Below are positions 51,529-63,886 of a stretch of DNA of 63,886 nt, one piece after another. Under the pieces are notes generated by a model. The model had not been told where the DNA came from and did no database searches. It saw only the letters and a list, made by a program, of their open reading frames with translations. The stretch's first letter is position 1. Each line of letters starts with the position of its first letter. This DNA is from Catajapyx aquilonaris (taxonomy: Eukaryota). Made by a program: the position numbers and the translations under genes. The stretch spans positions 1 through 63,886 of the forward strand of contig KZ538534.1 in NCBI GenBank assembly GCA_000934665.2. Direction: 5' to 3'.

Positions 51529-52894
51529 TATTGCTGGCGCCACCCGTACAACACCATTAATGCCCAGCACAGTGGCCACAATTAGTCCTTTTCCATCCGC
51601 CTTGAGCGACACTTACAAGCAATGGCCACATTCCTCCTTTGGCCTCACCGCCGCCATTCCGTGACTACTCGGCCATTTGGTCGGGGGGGACATTGCTTGC
51701 CCCGTAAAAACCCAAGACGCCGCTGGTCCACCCACCCACCCTCGGGGAGCCTAAAGATTGCCCGAGTCACGGGCGTCATTGCAAAGCCATATTTCAAAGA
51801 GGAAAAGGGGGGAGGGGGGGGGGAGGAAAGGCCATTCCCAAGCGGCAGTCTGGAGGCCTCTTTCTCCCCCGTTGACTTTCGGGACAGTCGGCACTGATTT
51901 AGGGGCCTTTTACGACCCGGGGAGGGACCCTAATGCCAGACCTTCTTTATGCTTTTCCCTCCGCTTGCCAGAGAGCGACTCTACTGACGTTGACATGTAA
52001 ATCATGTGGCCGTTGGCACCCTCCAAGACCTTTCTTTACCATGTTGGCAGTGCTGTGCTTCATGTTATGCCTGGACGAAAAGGAGAACGGGTCGAGGCCA
52101 CTTCCGGATGATTCGTCTTCTGCATGGGGGACAATTCCAGATGGTGACGGGGGGGTGGGTGCTGGCCATTTGTAAGGTCTGGAGGAGGTGTTGCGACACA
52201 TGAGACGTCTCAGGTTTACGAGCCTGCAAGAGGCTAGGGTGAATTATTGGTTTGGAGCAGGCGATGGTAAATCTGGAACAAGTGGTTCATTGCTGGTGAC
52301 AACCAGTTGCAAATGAACAGTCATAATTACATAAAGTGTTGCGTAAGTTTGTGCGCATTTTGGTTTTCCCTCGAGTAATAATTACAGCCTCGCAAATAAA
52401 TCTTCCGGAGGGAAAACATGCAGTTTATAGCTTCGAATTGCTACTGTAGTAAAATATAATGCATTTCAGTAAAAATTATTCGATTGTGACTATGATAGTT
52501 CTGGATGCTAGGTCTTCAAGTGAATATTTTAAATGATATGAGTAAAAATGCTACTTTTTGCTCTTAAATAAATGTATATGCATGTATATTATTACGATGA
52601 AATAATTATGTGGTCCGCTGACGTCAACAGTTGCAAATGAAGATGTAAAAACGAGTCTGTTGACTATTGGGTAACTGTAATGTAACCTTACAACATCGAC
52701 CTGATGTGTAGCAACACTTCAACTGAAACAAGGACATCGTGTCAGTTCATTTACTCCTGTACCAACCTGCTGACACATTGACATCAAACACCGCAGGGGA
52801 TATTGTTAAGTAATTCATCTGCATACATTGTCGCACTTTGGTACTCAGAACTTGTTATATGAATTATTACACCATGCGTAAGCAACATGTCAGT

Positions 52895-52998
52895 CCAGAC
52901 ATAACCAGGCGATGACTGGCGGGCAATTCAAACTCCAGAAATGCTCGCCAGACATAACCAGGTGATGACTGGGCGGGCAATTCAAACTTCAGAAATGC
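52895..52998. repeat. 53-bp tandem duplication
   Basis: ccagacataaccagg(c/t)gatgactggcgggcaattcaaact(c/t)cagaaatgc x2. Confidence 0.9.
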
Positions 52999-55900
52999 CT
53001 AGTGACGTCACTTCCTCGACCATCATGGCCCAAGCAATATCGGCTTCAAAGTTGGTCGGCCTGAGTCCTGGGCGTAGGTTTGGGGGTAAAATATGAGACA
53101 AGGCGACACGAAGAGCACCGCCTCCTTTTCAAGGATGACACGTACAAGGGAAGAGCGGTTATGAATAAGCACGCGGCGTAGTTATTAGGAGAGTGCCGGT
53201 AGAAAAGTAGTCATCATGCTGTCCGCCACCGTGATCAGGCATTCTGGCTCCAACAGGAGGCGGACAGGGTAAAATGCCACTACTAAAAGACATGACTCTA
53301 ACTTTTTTTTTTGTAACAACTATCATAGGATATGTACAGGTTTTTTTTCCAGTGTAGGATTTGTGAGTCATGGATTAAAAGGATTTGCCTCTTTATGTCG
53401 TCGGCGAAGAATTTAGGTGAAAGTAAGGAGGCCATTTGTATCAGTCCTGCGGTTAAAAATGGTTGCCGCACGCAATGGATCGGCCATAACTCTTCATTAA
53501 CCGAATGGATCGCCAAATTAATGCTCATAAACGTGAAAAACGGGCCAACATGCCCTGAAAAGAGTGATTACGTTCTCTAACATTATAACGAGCAGTCGGA
53601 TTTGCTTTAAAAATATGGCCGCCATTTTGGATCCTGTAAAAGCAATTAAAAGCTTGTAATTTTCACTACCGAATTGTTTTTAGGACTGAATACATTACAA
53701 ATAAGGCTTGGAAATAGCCCGTAGTGATTATAATGAGTTAGATATAAACTAGCCGATTCAGGCGCCATTTTTGGTCCAGCATCAGCATATCCCAAAATGA
53801 TACCTGATGAATGTTTTGTGTGGTACAGTAATATAATCGGTATCAAGACGTTTTACAGCATTTAATTCACCAAAAGTCAGATCCTGCACAATGGGTGGCC
53901 ATTTTGAGTCCTGTAAGACCACCTTCCAAAAACGTGTACAAACCAAAGACTGAAGGAAGGCTTGGCAGGCAAGTGATGGATAGGGGACGTCCCCCCCTTC
54001 TTTTTATCGTGTTGTAAAGAGACCTTCTTCCTTCCCAAGAAGTTTTCTCTCCTGATTTCCTCTCCTTTTCTAAGGTTGGGCCCCATGGTTTTGCGGGGTA
54101 TGTTAGCTAGAGCAGGCTGCGCCACCCTGTGTTTGGGAGTTTATCTGCCATCCGCCAGTCAGTCCAAGATGGATGGCATAATAAATCACCTCGGAGACGA
54201 TTCATCATCATTGGGGGGAGAGGCCCAGGCAGCAGCAACCAACATGGCTTCTTTTGCCTTCAATCTCTTTCAATGGCTCCCAAGGATCGGACTTCCTCCT
54301 CAATCAGTCCTGAAAATCTGTGGGCTTCCTTGCCCTTTTTTTTCAGACGTGACTATAGGTCGTCTTATAACCTCTGCGTGTTTGCTATTGGATGAGCTGA
54401 TTAGAACAGGGTGTACCAAAAAGATGTGCTCTGATTCACTCTGTACACACCTGCCTCCAACTATTAGTTAGTGACACTCACACTATTAGTACATGTCTGG
54501 CAGTGTACATTATTCATCGTACCAGCCACATGTTTGTCTCCAACTTCTTCCAAGTCCATACTCCGTTATGAAAGCTACAAATCACCTCTCTCAGCCAATT
54601 ACATGCAGGTAAACACATTTTTTTTTTCAAGCATGTGTGCCCCACCCACCCAAAAATAAACCAGCACACATGTGACAAGTCGGCGGAAATGAAATCCCAA
54701 ACGCCAACGTGGCTCTATTAATCTCTGGGATTACTGACCAAAAAAAAAAAAAACTCCCCACCCTCCCCACCCCCTCCATATGCACAAGGACAGGTGACGT
54801 ATACTTTTATAATTAGACACGTGCAATCGTTCATTACCATCTGATTAAAATATTTATGCTGCACGTGACAGGTTATCATGAGCCACGTCGAGCTCCAAAG
54901 TAGATCTATTAATCCTTCCTGCATGAACGATTATTAATGTCACGATGCCAGACTCCTCTACGTGATATTCGTGCACGCCCATACCCCCACCGTACACCCC
55001 CACCGATCCCCATCCATTTTCAGAGGGAGGGGGAGGGGGGGGGGACTATCGTCAAAGCCTTATCGACATCCTCAAAAAATGAGCTTCTGCCCGTAATTTG
55101 CAGGGGAGCTGCTATTGACGAAACATTTGACGTCACTTTTATAATCCGCGTGTCAGTTGGTTTTAACTGCTGGTAGATAAGGCCTGTTCCAATCCTGGCT
55201 TGATGTAGAGGTTCTTTGGAGATTATTGCTGTTTTTTTTAAAAGTGTGTTCAGTTGGGGGTGTGCTGGAACGAATAGCGGGTAGCAAAAGCTGCTAGTTG
55301 AGTCGCTGCTACTTACATGGTATAACTTCTTAGGTACACAGATTTTCATTTTAATTTGTGCTACATGGGGGTATCAGGTTTAATTTCAGATTTGAAATTT
55401 GGGTTTTAGTTTTTAATAATACAGGTCTGTGATTTAACATTTTAAATAATTTATAATCATAATTTATAAATAATTTTACTTGATTTTTACTGTCATATTT
55501 AATTATTATTTTCAATGTAAAATATTGTTCTTGTTTTATTTTCAATGTAAAAAATATTATTTTAATTTTTAATATAATATATTTATATGCCACACTGTAT
55601 TTATTTTAATGCACTATTGCAATATTATTTTTAAGGCAACACATTTTGTTATGCCATGTCTATATTTTGGTTTTAAGTGCACATTTTAATTTAATTTAAA
55701 TTTAATAATTTGAATTTTACGCTCTGCATTTTTTTCAGCATTTGGCTCAATGTCATATTACTGAGTCATTTTTGGTGACACCTAGTGACCCTAGTTGTCA
55801 GTTTCATTAGTGGACACCTACTCTTGTATAGCTATTTATTAAGTTAGTTTCTGACTGCAAGTAACTGCTGAAATGCGGCGTAACCAGAGAGAGATTTTCC

Positions 55901-56480
55901 ACGTGTCTGTCGGTGGACAGCAGATTGAGAGTACTGGACGTGCTAATTAATTGACGTAGTATGTTCAGTTTGGTGTAAGTGGCGATAACAAGCTCATTGC
56001 CATTCATGCCGGTTCTTTCATTTGCACCTGGCGGGTCCCCAAAAAAACTCGATGGAAAACTATTAAAGACAGACCATCTGTCTTAGCCGCAAAGCCTGTT
56101 AGTCAGAGGCGCTATCTGCATTTTGAGTTCTCTACATTAAAAATTTAAAAAAAAAACTGGAATGATATATCAGGACCATCCAAAAGCGGCAGATGTGCAT
56201 AAGGCTGATATGTGTTGACGGAGCATTTTGAAGCTGTCAGTTACCCCCCGAGGTTTGTCCGGGGTGGGTTAGTTGTCGACGGTGTACAAAGCGTGCGTCA
56301 GCATATGCAACAACGTTTGGGAGACAAATCGCATTATCTCTCCTGCGTTCAGGCACAGATTTAAGCTTGTCATTGAACGCTGTGCCCCAACTAGTATGTT
56401 GCAAGTGGATCAAATCAGCTCTAATCCTATAGATGCTATGAATTACTACAGCCTCCAATACAATAAGATAAGTCAGGTAA

Positions 56481-56546
56481 GCCAAAGAACGATATGACGT
56501 CACGTTCAGCCCCGGCTCCTGGTGTGACGTCATATCGTTCTTTGGC
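56481..56546. repeat. Perfect 23-bp inverted repeat
   Basis: gccaaagaacgatatgacgtcac...gtgacgtcatatcgttctttggc. Confidence 0.9.
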
Positions 56547-56577
56547 GGACTGTTGTATGATCATGCAACGATTTGTA

Positions 56578-56818
56578 CAGTGCTGGACATATACTGCTAG
56601 CGACATTTCCCGATGCGGCTGACGTGCAAATCGAAGTGTGAGCCGTGCGAGTAAGAAAAGGTAGCTCTTGGATGACGTCACTGGCTGGGGACAAGCCTTT
56701 TCTCCATTGCCCCCCAGACGGTGACGTCACTCAAGGCCTACCTCTTCTTACTCGCACAGCTCACACTCTATTTGCACTTCTGTGGCAAGCAGTATGACGC
56801 GATTAATGTCCAACACTG
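56578..56818. mobile_element. Tc1/mariner-type MITE, palindromic
   Basis: TA-CAGTGCTGGACAT...ATGTCCAACACTG-TA. Internal arm gtgcaaatcgaagtgtgagccgtgcgagtaagaaaaggtag pairs with ctacctcttcttactcgcacagctcacactctatttgcac. Confidence 0.8.
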
Positions 56819-58744
56819 TACTGCCGGATTTGGACATAAGTGGCCCAAAGTTGGACAAAATGTTTGGGACAATTCCACTATTCAGATTCAGTTGCTGTTG
56901 AAAATGCGTCGTGCTGGCCAACAATATTGGGCCTGAAACCCGCTGAAACAATCACTTGGAGGCCTCTCATCACCAAAAGCAAGGTATTTTCTATCAAAAC
57001 AAAGCCTCTCTCTATTTCATTGTAGTCCTGGGGCATTCCCCCGTTTTGACAATGGGGGTTCAGATTTGAGGCGCAGCCGGTGGGCCTTTCGAGACACCCA
57101 CTTTGTCAGGGGTCTGCACCAGGGGGGTCAGCTTTTCTTGTGGCGGGGGGGCCTTGTCGGCGTCCTTTCAAGTGGCCCACCTTGACAGGTATTGTTGAAT
57201 CCCACCGGGTGAATGGCGTCGGTCGGCCAATCAAAACAGCTCCTTTTCTACTAGCCCTGTCCGCCTTCATTTATTGCTTGCTCTTCAAGAGCCCTCACCT
57301 TCTCTTGCAGGGGCTGCAGGAAAAATAAATGGGGCGGGGCTCCTGTGATGAGATGAAGTGTGTGTATGTGTGTATGTGTGTAGAGGGGGACATCAAAAGG
57401 CGGCCGGGGGGGCAGACCATGAGTGTTTTTCTGGGGTCCCAATAGGGGTGAGGGGAGACAACAATTGCCAAAGAAAACATTTCAATTTTATGCCGGACGT
57501 GTGAAGGTAGCATGTGGCAGTACATCTGAATGACTGACAGCTGACAGGAAGGGTCTTCATTTTTCTTAATTTACACATTTTGGACGTATGATCTACCGCC
57601 GACAAATTGGCTCCGACAATTGGATTTATTAATTTAATTATTAATTTCATCAATCTATCTATTTGGTCACTGTATATATTTAATTCATTCATTGTATATC
57701 GTTAGCTATTATTTATTTTAATAAATATATGCTTTTATTCTGCGAATAATTAATTATTTAATTAATTTGTTTACTACGTTATGTACATTCCATTATAACT
57801 AATTAAATTAATAACAAGCTGTGACGAGATGACGTGTGGGGTTGAAAGTGAATGACAGGTCACCCCATGACATTATATTTTTTAAATAAAAAATATTTGC
57901 GCAATTTTAGTCAAAAATTTGTGCGCATAGCCGCCATATTGCACTATAAATCAAGTAGGCCAGAAATTCTCTAATAACAGGCCTCCCCCGGTCCGATAAG
58001 CAGAAACGAATTAATTCCTAAGTGCTGACCCCTCGTTATATGTGGACAGGAGGTTCCGGAAGCGGAAAAGATGGCGCTCCAGTGCACGGCTTGTCCAGGC
58101 TCCACAAATCTTGTCTGGGCCATGGGGTCGACTACGGTCGCTCGTAACTCACCCAAATAGTGACACAGATTGCTCAAGTAGGGCTCCCTCCCTCGCATCC
58201 ATCTTTGACTTTGGTGGTGGCGGGGGGGCACCCAGACGCCACATTACAGAAATATATCCCTGATATAGTGCACGGATAAATTAAAAGCGAGTCGGGGTCT
58301 CCCCCCCTCCAACAGTCTACCCTTATGAAATCGAAACGGGCCCGTAAATTTTGGGAGAAACAATTCACCTCCTGGGACCAACAAGATGTGCCCTTTCCTG
58401 TGTCCTGCTTCAAAATGGCTGCCTAGAGTGGCAGGCGTCATTGTAGATTTTTTCAAATTACGAGGCGTCAGGTTTACAAACATGGCTGTTGTAATCCTGC
58501 ATAGGGGGGGTTGTGTGTAGCGAACGGAAGCTGAAATATTGCGGGTGGGTGACAAGTTACAGATCCTGAAATATTTCACCCGTCAGAGGGCTCGTTTAGT
58601 TGCAAAACGGAAATCAAGACGAGCAGATCGCGTGACATTCGAGGTGATAGCGGGCCGTCTATGTTGCTAAAACCGGTTGCTTCAGCTCAGATTAATCATA
58701 AAATGTGCGATTATCTCATGTGGAAAATTATTCATTAGAAAAAT

Positions 58745-59200
58745 CGGAAAACCGATTATCTTGGGTCATTTTGTATCGATATTGATATGTGACCGATTTT
58801 CCGATATTTGATCACTACTTTGATGTTGATCGATATTTCAGTATCTGACCGATATTTTGATATTTTATCACTATTATGATATTAATCGATATTTTATCAA
58901 TGTTTTAACATTAATCGATATTTATCACTGTTTTGATATTAATCGATATTCTATCACTTTGGATATTACTGTAATAGATACGGTACTCTATCGTGGAATA
59001 TAGAAATATCGTGGAAATATGAATAATTATGTCGGTTCCATATCAAAATGGCGATACAAAATTACTTGAGAAAAAGCCGTAAGAAAATCAGTTTTCGATT
59101 TCATTTTTTTACACGTATTTTTACACGTGTATTTGGCCGATATGTCGATATTTGACCGATATTTTGAATATGCAACCGATATTTTGCTACATTGTGGATA
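58745..59200. repeat. CGATAT-rich degenerate tract
   Basis: Repeated atcgatatt / gaccgatatttt units. Confidence 0.75.
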
Positions 59201-60693
59201 TTTCAATGTGTGATAGACATTTTCCGACAACCCCTTCAGGTCACCTATTCCCAGGTGACCGTATCCTATTTCCTGGCTAGCTTGATTTACTGCTAAGCTA
59301 AAATCCAGCCACGTCGCGTAATTTCTACTAACCCGCTCGCCTTGCAAGTATGACCCAACTTTTTTCCTTCCACCGTAGCTCCCATGTATGAAAAAATATG
59401 CATCTAAGAAGCAGGTCTCCGCCTGACCTTTTTGCACCTAATAACTCCGTATTCATAAACGGTAATGGGCACACGTGCGCTGGGGCTAGGTAGGGCTCCC
59501 TCACCTTCCATCACCTTTATGCCCTGCACAAATGCCCCGATCCGACAAAAATATTAACACTGCTTGCCACCCCAACGCCCCGGAATAACAGCACACACAT
59601 AGCCATAAACTTTCATTTCTATGACTCCCCATAGGCTCCCCTCCTCCCCGACCCTCCCTTTGCATTCTAGACTTACTGATTTAGAGCGTAATTTACGCTT
59701 TTCCAGCAGCATTGGCCATAACACGGAAAACCTTTCCAATCTTGCATACAGAATCTTTCCGGGAGCTACTAAGGAACGCTATATTCCTAAATCATTTCTG
59801 GCTACAACTCTGGTGTCAAAAAGCATTCTAGCACCCCCCCTTCCTCTGCTCTACACCTATTTTTTTTACAACCCTCGCCTTCGGGATTCCAGCCCCTAGA
59901 AACGACCGATTTTGAGTGCAAAAGACCTATTCTCAAGATGAAAGGGTTATGGCTGGATCCTTGAGCAGCCAAAAGCCCCCTACTATCCCCTACAACCCTC
60001 CCTACCAACTCGTACCTCAAGACAAAGCCTTTGAAGAGGAAGCCAAAACAAAAGGCGATCGTCCCCTACCACCCCCCTCTTCCTAGTACCTACCCCCCCT
60101 CCCCTCTTTCAAAAGCTATCCATAAGCACAATTTATGCCCCTCCAAGCTCATTTACTCCGGCAGCAATAGAACGGATTAATGCCGTAAAGCAGTCGTGCG
60201 GTAATGCAGGGGTCCGAGGTACCTCTGCTGAAAGTGTAATATGTTTCTATTATCGGCGAAAGTTATTAGACCTCGCCGCCCGCCAAATTGCCTCCATAAA
60301 AGGAGAAGGCCCCCCTAGTCTCTGGAGCTGCCTTGGCGAGCCCCGTAGAACCAGGGACCCTAGAGAGAGTAAAGGCGAGCTACCTGCGGCCACCCTGAGG
60401 ACTAACAAAGTTCATCCAGAGGATTTTGGAAGCTCGGTTATTATTTAGTGTTTTGTTGGGTTTGGACACACACTGCGATTAGAGGTGCTGACCAATGGGT
60501 TGTAATCACAAGGCGACCACCGCCTAAGGAGTTTATCCCGGGACCAAATCGCGCTTACAAGGAGTGTTTCTGAGGAAAGTTTGCCTGTGGGTTGCCTGAT
60601 AAGTCGAGGGCCTGAAGGTGATGTGGCTAAGAGTTATGGCCACCCTGCTCAGGGCTATATTATAGCCTGTGATGCCTGATAAAGCTGCAAGAA

Positions 60694-60763
60694 ATCCGGT
60701 AGATGTCTCTGCTCAAACTTGATCCGGTAGATGTCGCTGCTCAATCCGGTAGATGTCTCTGCT
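60694..60763 (+). repeat. Triplicated CCGGTAGATGTC(G/T)CTG unit (CTCF-like)
   Basis: atccggtagatgtctctgct, atccggtagatgtcgctgct, atccggtagatgtctctgct. Confidence 0.85.
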
Positions 60764-62471
60764 TCACGAGCAGACGTGACTGTGCTTGACATGGGGATAG
60801 GGGGTGATCCTAAAAGAAGGTCAGCGCCTACCTTATCGTAGAAGCATGTTCCATCTGAAGAACAATGAATGGCCTCCTGTAAAAGACAGAAATAGAGGTT
60901 CAGAATTGCTGAAAATGGATATAACCTTGTGGTATGGTCCATTGTTTCGACCCTGTGTACACACAGATAAAGCCAGGCCACAAAATGGTGCATGCAATAT
61001 GATTCTTAGTTTGTCACTATCACTTTATGAGTACTTAAAATTAGAGCTCTTAAATATTTGCGAGCTATGTACAGTAAAACAGATGGCCTCGTTCAAATAG
61101 GACATTAACTCACTTTTTATCACCTTGTATAACTATAAGCAAGCCTTTCACTTGCAAATATTACTTCTGTGAGTTACAGGCAGATTACATAACATCATAA
61201 ATGTTCAATAATTTGGCTGATTTTGCCTTAGTTGTAAAATACATGATTTTTGTCTTACTTTATTATGTAACAGTGCCATATCGAAAACCCAACTACAGAA
61301 GTCTCCAGACTTACGTACAATAAATTGTTGACCTTACACGCAAATCGAATGTTACGTAACTCAGAGCCTTTACGATATTTTGAAGCTAGGACCCGGGAAC
61401 CGTGTAGAATAATTATATTGTCCCGACATGGCCTCACAGCCCGGGGAACCGTGTAGTGTTGTAGTTTCGAAATCACTTTATTCCTTAATTTTTTACGCAT
61501 CTCGGATTTTTTTTTACATAAGTCGGGGGCTGATCCCGCCATCTATCGTCCATATAAGTTTTGCCCTTAGTAGCAAATTTTTCTCCTAAACATCTCCATT
61601 CTGAATCTTTCCAGGCTCCCAGTCGTACCACATTCCGCCATGCCATTTCCAGGAAACATTCTTGGTGTCAACGTCAGGTTGATAGTCGCCTATCTTGGCT
61701 GTCAACCGTCGTTTCATCTCGGGGAATTTACAAACATGCGGAGGATTAGCGCTGTCGGAAAGATAAATGAGCCAATGAATTAATCGGCCAGGCGGAAATG
61801 GGTCAGTCAACACGAGCCGGATAAATAATTTATCTCCGCGTGAATCATTGCCTGGGACTAACACTTGTGTCGGATTCTCCGAGTGCGAATCAGCACTAAT
61901 ACCAGACCACGGTATCTCGTGTTCCGACTAGATAAGGCGTGTGTCACGGTTCATAATTCCGTCTCACGTTGGATGAAGATTAATATTGGCTCCCTGCTTT
62001 TTTTTGTTGTTGCAAAAGTATTGTTGGCGAAGGCCGACACACAGGACCAGGAAATAAAGCGTCAATATCAGCATGTGCAAAAAAAAGTAGTGCTGAACGC
62101 AGATGTCTAAAATAGAGCATGTCTAAGCAATAAACGGCGGGGATAATTCGAACTGATAGGGTTTTATATGAGCCCATCAGCTGGAGAAGAATTGGGATCA
62201 ATGCACGATTTATCTCACTGTTGTTATGCTTGTATAAGTCAGGTGGCCTTGATTAATTATTGCCAGTGAATAACACCTGTCGATTCTAATATTATTATTT
62301 CAACTTTAATTTTTATTATTTATTATTTCATTTTTCATTTTTTTTATATTTACTTTTAATTATTTTTGTGTTTGTTTTTGTTTTGTTAATTTTTAATTGT
62401 ATTATGTTTTATTACTATTTTGCATTGTTTTATAATTTATTATTATTATTTTACTTTACTGAATTTTTATT

Positions 62472-62472
<1 letters not shown>

Positions 62473-62552
<80 letters not shown>

Positions 62553-62565
62553 TACTATTATTATT
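62473..62565. repeat. (AAT)n/(ATT)n head-to-head microsatellite in AT-rich tract
   Basis: Direct reading; explains the poly-Ile spurious ORF. Confidence 0.95.
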
Positions 62566-63886
62566 AACATACTTTGAATTTACTTATTTTATTTTTAGTA
62601 GTTTCTAATTTTATTATTCTATGTAGTTTATTAAATTTATTATTTTCTGTAGTTGACAATTTTTATGGCCTTTTATTTATGTTCTTTATTTTATTATATA
62701 TTATTTTATCTAATATTAATATTATTTCCAACTGTAAAGTCTCCTAATTCCCAGTTCTAATTAGCGGAGATGCAAATTCTGGCCGAATAAATTTTTGGAT
62801 AACGTCCACATTTTGATTTTTCCCTTTTTCTGCTGCAATAAGTGTTGCCAACTTCCACCAGCACCCGTATGCAAATCGGGTGCCTCGGCCGGGTAATTGA
62901 AATTAAAATAAAGTGGGCAAACTTGGTGGTTTGAGGTGCGTAAAGCCCGCGGAAAACTTTGGAGCTAAGAGCCTTCCACCTTCCTCTAGGTGTCTCTCCT
63001 GAGGGTGCTAGAAGGGAAGGGGCTGTAAATGACGTCATAAAGTGGTTGCCCAGGAAAACCTAGAGAGCACTTGGAGTGGTCCAAACCATAGAAATTGGGG
63101 GGTTGGGTGGGGCTTGCCGCAGAATGGCGGTCCTTTTCATACCACGGTTTCATTACCACCAAGGATTACCAGAAAGAAGTTCGATGAAAAATGTCTTATT
63201 GAATTACCGTACCTGCGTCATTATTACAGGAAAATAATGTTCCATTAATTACGTTTAAATATACGTATGTTGATAATAATGGTAATTAACTCGCCCCAAG
63301 AAGGTGTATATCTTAGGGGAATAACAATGGTAATTAACGTACAATAGCGTAATTTTATTATATTGTTAATTTTCATATGCTAAATTCAGCAACATTATTA
63401 ATAATTAAGGCTAACAAATATTTCATTAATGTAAGCTTAATTACTTAGTATTCAATAATATACAAGTAATAAAACAGGCAGCTAGCCCATTGCTTTTATA
63501 ATAAATCAGCATTTAATTATAGCAATTTATGATTAAGCTACATTATTAATATAAATAACAAATATTGAGAACTTTGCTAAATCAATATCATAATTAATTA
63601 TGAGCATACCATGCATCTCTCAGCAGTGTATGTTTAAGAAATGAATATTGGTGACAATTAATCATAGCAGTATTAATACTTAATTCAGTTGATTAACGAC
63701 CAGTTTTTTTGGCAGGGTGAAAATTGAGGCCAATGACGTCACAGGGTGTGTTTTGCGGATATAAATTATAGCGGGCAACTTTTCCTACTGTCCTTTCCAG
63801 ACCCTCTAATAACGAGGTATTAATCACAGGTTCTGCTTGATAAATGACTCCAGCGACTAGTAAAAATTCCATCTGCCATGTAGATG

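Overview
Animal genomic DNA, most likely from an arthropod (inferred from the protein and the Inr/DPE promoter). It is a gene desert holding one supportable protein-coding gene: a two-exon NET-family (noc/elbow/ZNF503-ZNF703) zinc-finger repressor on the minus strand, join(42333..42422, 41048..42259), 433 aa, whose N-terminus looks like noc. It has a precisely spaced Inr+DPE core promoter, and K-box and Pumilio motifs in the 3' UTR. The remainder is non-coding: TA-flanked Tc1/mariner- and pogo-type MITEs, many fold-back hairpins, mini- and microsatellites, CGATA/DRE-rich tracts and one 204-N assembly gap. The most unusual signals are five unrelated short tandem arrays that each multimerise a CTCF-like motif, a palindrome made of two tRNA 3' halves (double B-box), a pre-miRNA-sized hairpin, and palindromic elements loaded with transcription-factor motifs. 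I found no novel protein-coding system, CRISPR array, rRNA or intact tRNA. All coordinates were read by eye and no database search was run.
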